This document shows, piece by piece, positions 31,038 to 40,894 of a DNA stretch of 64,000 nucleotides (position 1 is its first letter; each line of letters opens with the position of its first letter). Under the pieces are notes generated by a model. That model ran no database searches. It saw only the letters and a list, made by a program, of their open reading frames with translations, and was not told the DNA's origin. The stretch is from a bacterium. Its GTDB lineage: Bacteria; UBA8248; JACPRG01; G963555815. The position numbers and the translations under genes are program-made. The stretch covers positions 1 through 64,000 of the forward strand of contig CAUVWX020000002.1 of assembly GCA_963555815.3 (NCBI GenBank), in the 5' to 3' direction.

Positions 31038-31865
31038 ATGGGCGGAACACGTCTTGGGCTCATCGCCGGCGAAGGGCGCCTGCCCGAGATCCTCCTGGAC
31101 GCCCTCTGCCGCCAGGGACGCGAGGTGGCCACCATCGCCTTCTCCGAGGAGACGGCGTCTACCCTGGCCCCTTCGTCGGTGTCGCTGCTCCGGTGCGGTG
31201 TCGCCGAAGTGGGGAAGATCATGGGCTTTCTCAAGGCCCAGGGGGCTAAAGACGTCCTGATGGTCGGAAAGGTGGACAAGGCTCTCTTGTATCGAGAGCC
31301 CAAGTTTGACTGGCGGGCAGTCAAGCTGGCTTTCCGCCTGAAGGACTGGCGGGACGACTCCCTCATGGCGGCCTTCGTGGCGGAGATGGAACGCGAGGGG
31401 CTCAGGGTCCTCGCCCAGATGGATTTCCTGAAAGATCTTCTGGCCCCATCGGGGGTCCTCTCAAGCCGCCAGCCGACCGAAAAGGAGATGTCTGACCTGC
31501 AATTCGGCTTTGAGATGGCCAAAGGAATTGCCGATCTCGATATCGGGCAGACGGTCGTGGTGAAGGAGAAGACCATTGTGGCCGTGGAGGCCATGGAGGG
31601 GACGGACGAGACCATCCGCCGGGGTTGCCAGTTGGGGGGCAAGGGGGTCGTGGCCGTCAAGGTGAGCAAACCCAGGCAGGACCCCCGCTTCGATGTCCCC
31701 GTCGTCGGAGAAGAAACCCTTCGCGTCCTGGCCGAAGGGGGCGGGTGTGCCCTGGGGGTGGAGGCGGGGAGGACCCTGGTGGTGGACCTCGATGCCCTCA
31801 AGGCCCGAGCGCAAAGGGCTAATATCGCCCTTGTGGCCCTGGAGGGTCCCTCATCGAAATCTTGA
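31038..31865 (+). CDS. lpxI: UDP-2,3-diacylglucosamine diphosphatase LpxI
   Basis: LGLIAGEGRLP, DIGQTVVV, AVEAMEGTDETIRR, PRQDPRFDVPVVG. Confidence 0.92.
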   Translation: MGGTRLGLIAGEGRLPEILLDALCRQGREVATIAFSEETASTLAPSSVSLLRCGVAEVGKIMGFLKAQGAKDVLMVGKVDKALLYREPKFDWRAVKLAFRLKDWRDDSLMAAFVAEMEREGLRVLAQMDFLKDLLAPSGVLSSRQPTEKEMSDLQFGFEMAKGIADLDIGQTVVVKEKTIVAVEAMEGTDETIRRGCQLGGKGVVAVKVSKPRQDPRFDVPVVGEETLRVLAEGGGCALGVEAGRTLVVDLDALKARAQRANIALVALEGPSSKS

Positions 31866-32974
31866 TGGTGGCAGGCGAAGCCTCAGGGGATGCCCACGGA
31901 GGCCGGCTAGCCAACGCCCTGCGCGCGCTTCAGCCGGGCCTTCGTCTGTCAGGCGTCGGCGGACTGAATATGCGCAAAGCCGGGGTTGAGACCTGGTGGG
32001 ACGTGTCCTCACTGGAGGCCATCGGCACGGAGGCCTTTCGCCGGCTTCCAGAGCTGCGCCGTGTGAAGAGAAAAATCCTCAGAGAGGTCAGAGGGAGAAG
32101 CCCGGCGGCGGCCGTCCTCATCGACTATCCCGGATTCAACCTCCACTTGGCAAAACACCTGAACCGTCTGGGGGTTCCCGTCTACTATTTCATTGCCCCT
32201 CAGCTCTGGGCCTGGGGCGCCTGGCGGGCGAGAAAGTTGGCCCGGTGTGTGAACCTCCTCCTCGTTATTCTCCCCTTCGAGGAGGGCTACTTCCGCTCCC
32301 AAGGGATTGACACACTCTTCGTGGGACATCCGCTGATGGATCGGCCGGCCCATCCATCGGCGGAGGAGAGTCGATCCCGGCTTGGCCTGAAGGAGTCCGG
32401 GCCAGTCATCGCCCTGCTGCCCGGAAGCCGCCGTCGGGAAGTTTCAGTCCTGTTGCCGACCATGATCAAGGCGGCCCAGACGCTTCTGGAATCCTGGCCC
32501 GGGGCGCAATTTCTTCTGCCAGTGGCTGATGTCCTGGAGCCTGAGTGGGTCCATGGGTTTGTCGGGGATTTTCCAGTCAGGCTGACCCGGGGAACCTCGG
32601 AGGTCTTGGCGGCCTCCGATGCGGCCATCACGGCCTCTGGGACGGCCACCCTGGAGGCAGGCCTCCAGGGTGTTCCGATGGTGATCGTCTACAAGATCCA
32701 CATCCCTTGGGCCAGTTATCCCTTAATGCGCTTTATCGTAAAGTGCCCGTCTATCGGCCTCGTCAATATTCTGGCGGGGGAGCGCCTGGTGCCAGAGCTC
32801 CTGCAAGATAAGGTGACCCCGGAGCGCATTGTCAGGGAGGTCCGGCGGGCCGTAGAGGACCAGGACTACCGAGCAAGGGTGAAGGCCCGCATGAAGGAGA
32901 TTCGGGAAAGCCTGGGGGAACCGGGGGTTTTTGAGCGGGCCGCCCGTGCTATCCTTTCTCACCTGAGCGCATGA
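31865..32974 (+). CDS. lpxB: Lipid-A-disaccharide synthase
   Basis: AGEASGD, IDYPGFN, PQLWAW, LPGSRRRE, SGTATLE. Confidence 0.95.
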   Translation: MVAGEASGDAHGGRLANALRALQPGLRLSGVGGLNMRKAGVETWWDVSSLEAIGTEAFRRLPELRRVKRKILREVRGRSPAAAVLIDYPGFNLHLAKHLNRLGVPVYYFIAPQLWAWGAWRARKLARCVNLLLVILPFEEGYFRSQGIDTLFVGHPLMDRPAHPSAEESRSRLGLKESGPVIALLPGSRRREVSVLLPTMIKAAQTLLESWPGAQFLLPVADVLEPEWVHGFVGDFPVRLTRGTSEVLAASDAAITASGTATLEAGLQGVPMVIVYKIHIPWASYPLMRFIVKCPSIGLVNILAGERLVPELLQDKVTPERIVREVRRAVEDQDYRARVKARMKEIRESLGEPGVFERAARAILSHLSA

Positions 32975-33675
32975 CCGATCGGGTCCCTCAAGAAGGGACG
33001 GTGGGAGAACGTCTAGTGCGGTTTGCCTTGCGGGATATGATGGCACCTCTCGTGGCCCTTGGGACTCTCCTTTTGGGCGTGACCCTTCGCCGTGAGATTC
33101 TCCACAGAGATCGAGAGGAGAGTGTGAAGCGCCGAGAAATCGGCGTGATCTACTCCCTTTGGCACGGGCGGATATTCTTTCCGGTCTATTATTTGCGAGG
33201 TCAAAGGACGAGCGTCCTTGCAAGCCAGAGCTGGGATGGGGAACTCATTACGGGAGTTCTTCAGATCCTTGGCCAGAGGGTCATCCGGGGGTCCAGTAGC
33301 CGCGGCGGGGCCAGGGCCCTGGTGGAGCTTTGCCGCCGCCTGGAGGCGGGACAGAACGTGGCCCTCACCTCCGATGGTCCCCGCGGTCCCCGCCATCGCG
33401 TCCAGCATGGGATCATCGACCTGGCGAGCAGGACTGGTGCTCCTATCCTCCCTGTCGTGTTCGGGGCCTCGATAAAAAAAACCTTCCAGAGCTGGGACCG
33501 CTTCTGTCTTCCTCTTCCCTTCAGCCGGGTGGCCCTCGTCTTCGGCCCCCCCGTGGAGGTGGCCAGAGATCTATCCGAGGAGGCCCTGGAGAAAAAACGA
33601 AGGGAGCTGGAGGGGGCCATGGAGTGGACAACCCAGGCCGCCGACGCGGCCGCGCTCTCCCGCAGAACCTCCTAA
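32971..33675 (+). CDS. DUF374 lysophospholipid acyltransferase family (LpxJ-like)
   Basis: WHGR, SQSWDGELI, RGSSSRGG, DGPRGP, WDRFCLPLPFS; lipid A context. Confidence 0.85.
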   Translation: MTDRVPQEGTVGERLVRFALRDMMAPLVALGTLLLGVTLRREILHRDREESVKRREIGVIYSLWHGRIFFPVYYLRGQRTSVLASQSWDGELITGVLQILGQRVIRGSSSRGGARALVELCRRLEAGQNVALTSDGPRGPRHRVQHGIIDLASRTGAPILPVVFGASIKKTFQSWDRFCLPLPFSRVALVFGPPVEVARDLSEEALEKKRRELEGAMEWTTQAADAAALSRRTS

Positions 33676-33805
33676 ACCCCGTTGGCCTTCGGGGATATCA
33701 AGAGCCATCCGGACCTTCAAGGCGGATCTCTGTTGGGGCAGAGGGGTCCCAAGTGGAACTTCGCCGCTCAGCGCTTGGGGTATATTGGACGGGGTCTGTT
33801 CTGGG

Positions 33806-33844
33806 GTTGCCTTCCATAGGGACCTGGGGAAGGCAGCGTTTTTT
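33806..33844 (+). terminator. Intrinsic terminator-like hairpin upstream of waaA
   Basis: GTTGCCTTCC (33806-33815) pairs with GGAAGGCAGC (33828-33837), followed by six Ts. Confidence 0.6.
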
Positions 33845-33859
33845 GGCGAAGGGAGATCG

Positions 33860-35173
33860 GTGGCCCTCCTCTACAATTTTCTGCTTCTGGTCAGCCTCCC
33901 CGTTCTGGGCCTCGTCTTCACCTATCAGGCCATTATCAAGGGGAAGTGGCGACGAGGGTTTTGGCAGAGATTGGGATTTTTCTCCCTGCCTCCATCTAGC
34001 CAGAAAGCCCTTTGGATTCATGCCGTTTCGGTCGGCGAAGTCCACGCAGCGACCCCTTTGGCAAAGGGGTTGAAGGAGCGCTTTCCCGGTTTTCGCCTTG
34101 TCATCTCCACGACGACCGAGACTGGGCAGGAAGCGGCCCGTCGTCGCATCCCCGAGGCCGACTCCCTCATCTACTTTCCCCTCGATCTCCCCTTTTCCGT
34201 GGCGAAGGCGGTTCGGGCGGTGGACCCCCGACTTGTGGTCCTCATGGAGACGGAGATCTGGCCAAACTTCCTGCTCCACCTGCGCCGTCGCCAGATCCCC
34301 CTTATGATCGCCAACTGTCGGATCTCGCCTCGGTCTTATCGGGGATACCGCCGTCTTCGTCCCTTCATGAGGCGGATCCTTTCCGGGGTGTCCCTTTTTA
34401 GTGTTCAGACCGAGGACGACGCCGAGCGCCTGCGCCGGCTGGGAGCCCCAGTGGATCGGGTGCGGGTCACGGGGAATCTCAAGTTCGACGAGGCGGTCCA
34501 CGCGGTCCTCTCCTTCCCGAGTCGACCCGAGGCCCTTCGCGAGTCCTTGGGGTTTTCGCCCCAGAGTCCCCTTTGGGTGGCCGGTAGTATTCACCCTGGG
34601 GAGGAGGAGGTCATCCTGGGCGCATTTTCTTCCCTGCGGGACCGGCACCCCGGGCTAAGTCTCGTCCTGGCCCCCCGGCGCTTGAATCACGTCCCGGAGA
34701 TTGAAGCGATGCTCCAGGGCTTGGGTCTGGGCTACCGTCTCCGGAGCGTTTCGGCCCCCCCCGGCACTCCGGTGCTGGTCCTGGACACCTTGGGGGAGCT
34801 CGCAAGCCTCTATGGGGCCGCGACGGTCGCCTTCGTGGGGGGCAGCCTTGTCCCCTGGGGGGGGCAAAACCCCCTGGAGCCGGCGGCCCGGGGCGTCCCC
34901 GTCCTTTTCGGGTCTCATATGCAGAATTTTCGAGAGGCCGCGACTCTGTTGAAGGTTTTAGGGGAAGGGGGGGCGCCCGCGGCCCTGGAGGTGCCGGGCC
35001 CTCTTGCCGATGCCGGGAGCAAACTGGTCGAGGCCGTGGGGCGGCTCCTCGAGGACCCGGGGCTGGCGCGCGCCATGGGAGAGCAGGGGGAAAAGGTTGT
35101 GAGGGCGCATGCGGGTGCCCTGGAGCGAAATCTGGAACTCATCGCAGAGCTTCTTGCGGGTGAGGGGAATTGA
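33860..35173 (+). CDS. waaA: Kdo transferase
   Basis: WIHAVSVGE, TTTETG, ETEIWPN, TGNLKFD, GGQNPLEPA; GTG 33860 after GGGAG. Confidence 0.94.
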   Translation: MALLYNFLLLVSLPVLGLVFTYQAIIKGKWRRGFWQRLGFFSLPPSSQKALWIHAVSVGEVHAATPLAKGLKERFPGFRLVISTTTETGQEAARRRIPEADSLIYFPLDLPFSVAKAVRAVDPRLVVLMETEIWPNFLLHLRRRQIPLMIANCRISPRSYRGYRRLRPFMRRILSGVSLFSVQTEDDAERLRRLGAPVDRVRVTGNLKFDEAVHAVLSFPSRPEALRESLGFSPQSPLWVAGSIHPGEEEVILGAFSSLRDRHPGLSLVLAPRRLNHVPEIEAMLQGLGLGYRLRSVSAPPGTPVLVLDTLGELASLYGAATVAFVGGSLVPWGGQNPLEPAARGVPVLFGSHMQNFREAATLLKVLGEGGAPAALEVPGPLADAGSKLVEAVGRLLEDPGLARAMGEQGEKVVRAHAGALERNLELIAELLAGEGN

Positions 35174-35174
35174 C

Positions 35175-36263
35175 ATGGCCCTGTGGGAGCTCGTGAGGGA
35201 TTGCTGGGAGGTGGACCGCGAGGGGGAAACCCCGTGGCCCCTTCGGACGGCCCTTCGGGGGGCCTCTTGGGCCTATGGCCTGGGACATCTTGCCCGATTG
35301 GCCGGCTATCGGGCCCGCCTCTTCCGGGAGGGTCGGCTTCCCTGCCACGTCATCAGCGTGGGCAACCTGACGGTTGGGGGGACGGGAAAGACACCCACGG
35401 TGCTGGCCCTGGCCCTGGCCATCCATGAGCAGGGGGTTCGGACAGCCGTCCTCAGCCGGGGCTACCAGGGGGGCTCATCATCGCCCGTCACCGTTGTCTC
35501 AGACGGAGAAACGCTTCGTGCCCATCCTCCCGAGGCGGCAGACGAGGCCTATCTGCTGGCCAGGCGTCTCCCTGGTATCCCCGTTCTGACAGGGCCCGAT
35601 CGGCTCCGGGTGGGGCAACACGCCGTGGCCGCCTTTCGATCAGAATGTCTAATTCTGGACGATGGTTTTCAGCATCTTCGCCTTGCCCGGGACCTCAACC
35701 TCATTCTTCTCGACGCCGACCACCCCTTTGGAAACGGCCGTCTCCTCCCGCGGGGTCCTCTGCGCGAGTCGCCTCGGTGTCTGGAACGGGCCGATGCCCT
35801 CCTCCTCACGCGGGCTCGGTCCGCCTCTCCCCCCTGCCTGGGGTTTCTTCGCCAGCGCTATCCCCGCCTCCCGGTGGCGGTGTCCCGCTTCGAGCCTGAC
35901 GGGGTTTTCCAGGTCTCAGATGATTCCCCCCGGCCGGTGGCAGGACACCGGGTTTACCTCGTTTGTGGGATTGCCCGCCCCGAGGATTTTAGGTCTTTGG
36001 CGAGGTCTCTTGGGGTGGAGGTTGTGGGGGAGGTCACCTTCCCGGACCACCATCGCTATTCGGTTGAGGAAATTCGGGATGTGGAGCGGCGAGCCCGGGC
36101 GGCCAGCGCCGAGTTTATCCTCACGACCGAGAAGGACGCCGTTAAGATTCGCCTCCACCTGCACGACGAGGATCGCTGGTGCGCCCTTCGGATTCGCCTC
36201 ACCCTGCTGGCCGGCCAGGAACACTGGCGTGCCTGGACCGAGAGGGCCAGGGCCGTCAGATAG
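35175..36263 (+). CDS. lpxK: Tetraacyldisaccharide 4'-kinase
   Basis: ISVGNLTVGGTGKTP, LSRGY, DDGFQH, FPDHH, TTEKDAVK. Confidence 0.95.
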   Translation: MALWELVRDCWEVDREGETPWPLRTALRGASWAYGLGHLARLAGYRARLFREGRLPCHVISVGNLTVGGTGKTPTVLALALAIHEQGVRTAVLSRGYQGGSSSPVTVVSDGETLRAHPPEAADEAYLLARRLPGIPVLTGPDRLRVGQHAVAAFRSECLILDDGFQHLRLARDLNLILLDADHPFGNGRLLPRGPLRESPRCLERADALLLTRARSASPPCLGFLRQRYPRLPVAVSRFEPDGVFQVSDDSPRPVAGHRVYLVCGIARPEDFRSLARSLGVEVVGEVTFPDHHRYSVEEIRDVERRARAASAEFILTTEKDAVKIRLHLHDEDRWCALRIRLTLLAGQEHWRAWTERARAVR

Positions 36264-36335
36264 GTCCAGGTTCCCTTTTCATTATTCCGACTCACAACCT
36301 GTGGTGGAGGAGATGGAAGACCCTGCGTGGGGGCG

Positions 36336-37418
36336 TTAGTGCTTCATGCTGGCCATCATATAGAGCCCGGCAGCGATGAAGAGGATGTTGGTTGCCCACG
36401 CGGCCACTGGGGCCGGGAGAGTCCCGGCGTGACCAAGCGAGAGCCCCGTGTTGAAGAGGACGAAATAGCTGAAACCGATGAAGATGGTAAGGCCGAGGCT
36501 TCGTGCAAGGCCCCCGCTTCGGGCGGTCTTGAGAGAGAAGGGGACCCCGACGAGGGCCATGATGAATCCGACAAAGGGAAAAGAGAGCTTGGCGTGCATG
36601 TCCACGGTGTACTGGGTCGCGTCGATCCCGTTGGCCCGAAGTCCTTTGATATAGTTCTGGATCTCAACCAGGTTCATCTCTTCAGGTTTCTTTTTCACCT
36701 GTTTAAAGTCGCTGGGCCGCTCGGGAAGCATGACGAGTTGCTCGGCGAATTCCTCGGTCGTGGATTCTGATCCATCCGAAAAGATCCTGGTGCGTCCGTT
36801 CAGAAACATCCAGCCCTCGCCGTCCCAGCGCATCGCCTCCGCGTCGATGCGCTCCCGGAGAGTGCGTTGGGGCGTGAGGCGATAGAGGGTCACACCTTTG
36901 AAAATGTTCTGGTCCGGGTCAAGGGAGCGGATGTTCCAGATGGCCCCTTCCTCGGACTGGAACCAGAGGTTATCCCTTCGGACCACCCACCGGGGGGTCC
37001 TCTTCTTGATCTGGACCCGGAAGATCTGCTGAACCCTCGTGTTGGTGAAGGGAATGACAAATTCATTGGCCAGGAAGAGGAGACCACTTGCGATCACTCC
37101 CATGCTCAGGATAGGCGCGGCGATTCGGGCGAAGCTCACACCGCAAGCCCGCATGGCCGTCACCTCGTTGTTCCGGCCCAGGACGAGGAGGGAGAGGACA
37201 GCCGCGAGCAGGATGGCCACCGGAGTGACCAGGAAAAGGATCATGGGAATCTTATAGAAGAAGTAGGCGGCACTGTCGGCAAAGCTGGCGTGGTGCTCGA
37301 TGAAGTCATCGATCCTCTCAAAAAACTCCACGATGAGAAAAATGCTGAGGAAGGCGAAGAGTCCGAGCCCAAAGAGCCCGAGGAACTCGCGGCAGACGTA
37401 TCGGGTGATGAGCTTCAC
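36336..37418 (-). CDS. lptG: LPS export permease LptG
   Basis: YjgP/YjgQ architecture, NNEVTAMRACG; coupled to lptF. Confidence 0.88.
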   Translation of the reverse strand: MKLITRYVCREFLGLFGLGLFAFLSIFLIVEFFERIDDFIEHHASFADSAAYFFYKIPMILFLVTPVAILLAAVLSLLVLGRNNEVTAMRACGVSFARIAAPILSMGVIASGLLFLANEFVIPFTNTRVQQIFRVQIKKRTPRWVVRRDNLWFQSEEGAIWNIRSLDPDQNIFKGVTLYRLTPQRTLRERIDAEAMRWDGEGWMFLNGRTRIFSDGSESTTEEFAEQLVMLPERPSDFKQVKKKPEEMNLVEIQNYIKGLRANGIDATQYTVDMHAKLSFPFVGFIMALVGVPFSLKTARSGGLARSLGLTIFIGFSYFVLFNTGLSLGHAGTLPAPVAAWATNILFIAAGLYMMASMKH

Positions 37419-38629
37419 GGGTTCTCTTCCTCTGTCCAGAGGAGTCCGCGCGCGCGAAGACGGTCACAGAAAGATTCCCAAACCGTCTCCAGGCGTTCCC
37501 CTATCCAGTTGAAGGTCTTGAAGGGAGTCTCCCGCCCCACTTTCGTCACGGCGTATATGGCGATGGCGCCCAGCACCATGTTGGGGAACCAGAGGGCCGT
37601 AGCGATCGGGACGACGGCACGCTCGCCCAACCCCTCACCCAGCGTCAAGAAGACATAGTAAAACATGATGATGAAAAGACTCAGGGCAAAACTGCCGGAT
37701 TTCCCCGACCGTGTGTTCTTGATCCCCAGAGGTGCTCCGAGGAAGCCGAGGATGAGCGTAGCAAAGGGGATGGAGAATTTCTTGTAATACTCCACCAAGA
37801 GACCGTTGTACCGGCGATCCTCGGGACCATATTGCTTAAGCTTTTCTTGAATCTCATAAAGGGAGAGGTTCTTCCCCACCCTCTCCAACTTCCCCGCGTC
37901 CCCTAGAAGGTCCCGGGCCTCCAGGGATAGGTCGTAAGTCTCAAAATTGATGACCTGGTATTTCTCTTCCTGGGGCACTGGCCTGTGGATGGCCCCCGCG
38001 CGAAGTCTCAGTGTTATCCTCGAGGTCTCGGGGTCGGGGATCAGTACCCCCTCCTCGGCCACAATAGTCTGTGGGTTCTCCTGGCTCCGGTTATCTGAGA
38101 TGAGGATCCCCCGCATCACGCGCTCTGTGGAGGGCATCTCGTGGACATATAGGACGAGGCCGTCGAAGTCATCGTTAAAGACCCTTGCCTTGACGGAGAT
38201 GCTGGCGGCCTGGGAGTTGGCAAGCTCGAGCCTGAGTTCCATGAAGGACCTCTCGCTCCAGGGCATGGCGTAAAAGATCAAGTAGTTGGAGGCCCCATAA
38301 GACAACACAGAGAGGAGCAGGACGGGCGCGAGCTGGCGGTAGAGGCTGATGCCCGTCGCCTTCATGGCGATGATCTCGCTGTCGGCTGACATCCGGCTGA
38401 AGGTCATGACAGTGGCGAGTAGGAGGGCCATGGGGATGGTCACGAGGAAAAAAGAGGGAGAAATCACCAGAAGAAGCCGAAGGATTACCAGGAAGGGAAC
38501 GCCTTTGTTGACGACGAGCTCTGTGAGCTGAAAAATCCGGCCGAGGAAGAGGACAAAGGTGAAAACCAGGAGGGCCAGGAGGAAATAGCCCAACAGTTCC
38601 CGAAAGATGAGGCGGGAGATGATCCGCAT
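37415..38629 (-). CDS. lptF: LPS export permease LptF
   Basis: RMSADSEIIAMKATG, six TMs with periplasmic domain, KKFSIPFA. Confidence 0.88.
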   Translation of the reverse strand: MRIISRLIFRELLGYFLLALLVFTFVLFLGRIFQLTELVVNKGVPFLVILRLLLVISPSFFLVTIPMALLLATVMTFSRMSADSEIIAMKATGISLYRQLAPVLLLSVLSYGASNYLIFYAMPWSERSFMELRLELANSQAASISVKARVFNDDFDGLVLYVHEMPSTERVMRGILISDNRSQENPQTIVAEEGVLIPDPETSRITLRLRAGAIHRPVPQEEKYQVINFETYDLSLEARDLLGDAGKLERVGKNLSLYEIQEKLKQYGPEDRRYNGLLVEYYKKFSIPFATLILGFLGAPLGIKNTRSGKSGSFALSLFIIMFYYVFLTLGEGLGERAVVPIATALWFPNMVLGAIAIYAVTKVGRETPFKTFNWIGERLETVWESFCDRLRARGLLWTEEENP

Positions 38630-38788
38630 GGTCCTATGCGAAACCCCCTTCAAAAGGGGTCACAAGCGTCCTCAAGATAGGAAAACACTCATGGGGGTGA
38701 TAGAGGGCCCCAACCCTTCAGATCCTAACCGCAAAAGGTTACATCCTCAGGACGCCGATGTAAAGCTGATCCTTTGTGGGGGGCGGTT

Positions 38789-38817
38789 TTGACGCAATCC
38801 GTGGGGCATGGTAGCCT
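38789..38817 (+). promoter_or_regulatory. Sigma70 promoter for the BtuF-like gene
   Basis: TTGACG, 17 bp, TAGCCT with TGn extension. Confidence 0.55.
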
Positions 38818-38862
38818 GGAAAAGATTTGTCCAACATTTCCCTGAGACTTGCCGGAGGCGCG

Positions 38863-39801
38863 ATGAGGATCTGCTCCCTTCTCCCCAGCACGACGGAGAT
38901 CGTCTATGCCCTCGGCCTTGAGGATCACCTCGTCGCGGTCACCCACGAGTGTGACTACCCGCCCGGGGCTCGTTCAAAGCCCGTTATTACCCGGAGTCAC
39001 ATCCATCCTGAGGAGAAGACCGGGACGGAGATCGACCAGACGGTGAAAGAAGCCCTCTCGAAGGGGGAAGGCCTCTACGCTCTGGACGTGGAACTCCTCT
39101 CGAAGCTTGAGCCAGATCTCATCATCACCCAGAAACTTTGCGCGGTGTGCGCCGTGGCGTATGACCAGGTGGCGGCGGCGGCGGAGAGTCTCCCCGGGCG
39201 CCCACAGGTCGTCTCCTTGGAACCGACTACCCTGGCGGAGATCTTTGAGACCATCCGACGGGTGGGTGAACTGACGGGGACCTCCAGTCGGGCGGATCGT
39301 CTGGTGGGCGAACTGAAGGAGCGGGTCGATCGGGTGCGGACAAAAACCTCCCGGGCCCCCTCAAGACCCCGGGTCCTCTCCCTCGAATGGGTGGATCCCC
39401 CCTTTGGCGGCGGGCAGTGGCACCTGGAGCTGGTGGAGATCGCCGGCGGTGAGGACGGGCTTGGAAATCCAGGGGGTCCTTCGCCCCGGTTCGATTGGAA
39501 GGATGTTGAGGGTTTTGCCCCTGAGGTTGTTGTCCTCATGCCCTGCGGTTTCGAAGCCCCACGGGCGGCCCAGGAATATGCCCGGGCCTCGCTCCCCAAG
39601 TTCTGGGACGGGCTCCCGGCTGTTCAATCGGGCCGTGTCTTCGCCCTGAATGGGAATGCCTACTTCAACCGACCTGGCCCTCGGATTGTGGATAGCCTGG
39701 AACTTTTGGCGGGTGTTGTCCAACCGGAGCTCGTAGGGTTAGGGGCGGAGGCAGAAGGCCACTGGATTCACCTGGGAAGCTCGCGGGTCGCGGCCTCTTG
39801 A
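38863..39801 (+). CDS. Cobalamin/Fe-siderophore-binding-fold protein (BtuF-like)
   Basis: MRICSLLPSTTEIVYALG...VTHECDYP, LEWVDPP, YFNRPGPRIVDSLE; GGAGG SD. Confidence 0.8.
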   Translation: MRICSLLPSTTEIVYALGLEDHLVAVTHECDYPPGARSKPVITRSHIHPEEKTGTEIDQTVKEALSKGEGLYALDVELLSKLEPDLIITQKLCAVCAVAYDQVAAAAESLPGRPQVVSLEPTTLAEIFETIRRVGELTGTSSRADRLVGELKERVDRVRTKTSRAPSRPRVLSLEWVDPPFGGGQWHLELVEIAGGEDGLGNPGGPSPRFDWKDVEGFAPEVVVLMPCGFEAPRAAQEYARASLPKFWDGLPAVQSGRVFALNGNAYFNRPGPRIVDSLELLAGVVQPELVGLGAEAEGHWIHLGSSRVAAS

Positions 39802-39847
39802 TGGCTGTTTGTCACGAATCCTCCCTCGTTTGGCCCAGAGGGTACCC

Positions 39848-40267
39848 ATGCAGCGCCCCAGTGTCAGGCTAAAGCGCGTCTATGACGCGCCGGAGTCCGA
39901 AGACGGGCTCCGGGTTCTTGTGGACCACCTGTGGCCGCGGGGGGTGAGCAGGGAGAAGGCTCGGATTGATGAGTGGTTCCAGGATCTGGCTCCGAGCCAC
40001 GCGCTCCGCCAATGGTTTGATCACGACCCGAAAAAGTGGAAGGAGTTCCAGCGCCGGTACCATCAAGAGCTCCTCTCCCCAGGGAAGCGAGATCGGCTCT
40101 ACTTCCTCCTGGACACTGTCTCCCGGAAAAAAACCACCTTCCTCTTCGCGGCGAAGGATCAAGACCACAACAACGCGGTGGTCCTCAGGGAATTCCTGAT
40201 GACCTTCGCGGCGGAAAAAAGCCCCGCGCCTCCTGCAAAGCCAAAAGGAAAGCAATCCCAGAGATAA
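39848..40267 (+). CDS. DUF488 (YeaO-like) protein
   Basis: LKRVYD...DGLRVLVDHLWPRGVS...LAPSHALRQWF...HNNAVVL. Confidence 0.88.
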   Translation: MQRPSVRLKRVYDAPESEDGLRVLVDHLWPRGVSREKARIDEWFQDLAPSHALRQWFDHDPKKWKEFQRRYHQELLSPGKRDRLYFLLDTVSRKKTTFLFAAKDQDHNNAVVLREFLMTFAAEKSPAPPAKPKGKQSQR

Positions 40268-40314
40268 CCTCGCATTTCATCCTCTAATCAAGTTTTTTTC
40301 GCCTGCGGACCCTC

Positions 40315-40887
40315 TTAACGATGCTCATAGAAAGAGAGCGTGGTGTCCCCGTATTCCCGGGAATCGACCCGCTTGAGCCCCCCTTGACCTTTGACCGGTT
40401 TTTCCCTTGAGGAGTGCTCCAGGATTATCTTGCCCCCTCCCGAAGGAGCTTTCCATTGCCGCATGATCTTGAGGGCCTTTTCCGCTAGATCCGACTCATA
40501 GGGGGGGTCCAGAAAGATAAAGTTGAATGCCTCCTTGGACTCGGCCAGGCGGGCGAGGGAAGAGAGGGCGTCTCCGGGGAGGATCCGGTAAAGATCCCGG
40601 GAGAACCCGCAACCCGACAGATTGGCGACCGCCAGAAGGAGGGCCCTCTGTGAGCTTTCCAGCAGGGTCGCTCGTCCCGCGTCCCGGCTGAGGGCCTCGA
40701 CTGAGACCGCCCCGGTCCCGGCGAAGACATCGAGGAGGGAGGCGCCCTCAATGGAGTTGCCAAGGATATTAAAGAGGGCTTCTCGGACGGGGTCCAGTGT
40801 GGGCCGGATGTCGAGGCCCCCGGACGCGGTCGGTTTCCCCGGCGCCCGAAGTTTCCTCCCCTTTAACTTTCCCCCGATGATCCGCAT
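40315..40887 (-). CDS. rsmD: 16S rRNA m2G966 methyltransferase
   Basis: MRIIGGKLKGRKL, IRPT, DVFAGTG, FLDPPY, YGDT. Confidence 0.93.
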   Translation of the reverse strand: MRIIGGKLKGRKLRAPGKPTASGGLDIRPTLDPVREALFNILGNSIEGASLLDVFAGTGAVSVEALSRDAGRATLLESSQRALLLAVANLSGCGFSRDLYRILPGDALSSLARLAESKEAFNFIFLDPPYESDLAEKALKIMRQWKAPSGGGKIILEHSSREKPVKGQGGLKRVDSREYGDTTLSFYEHR

Positions 40888-40894
40888 GGTCGCC

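Noticed and set aside
33472..33481. A-run in the DUF374 gene (and one near 40127 in DUF488) as frameshift or phase-variation sites
   Set aside because: Both are Lys-Lys codons in intact frames with no stimulatory context or known precedent, unlike the dnaX site.
38654..38862. Cobalamin riboswitch upstream of the BtuF-like gene
   Set aside because: No B12-box motif, and the predicted promoter leaves only about 40 nt of leader.
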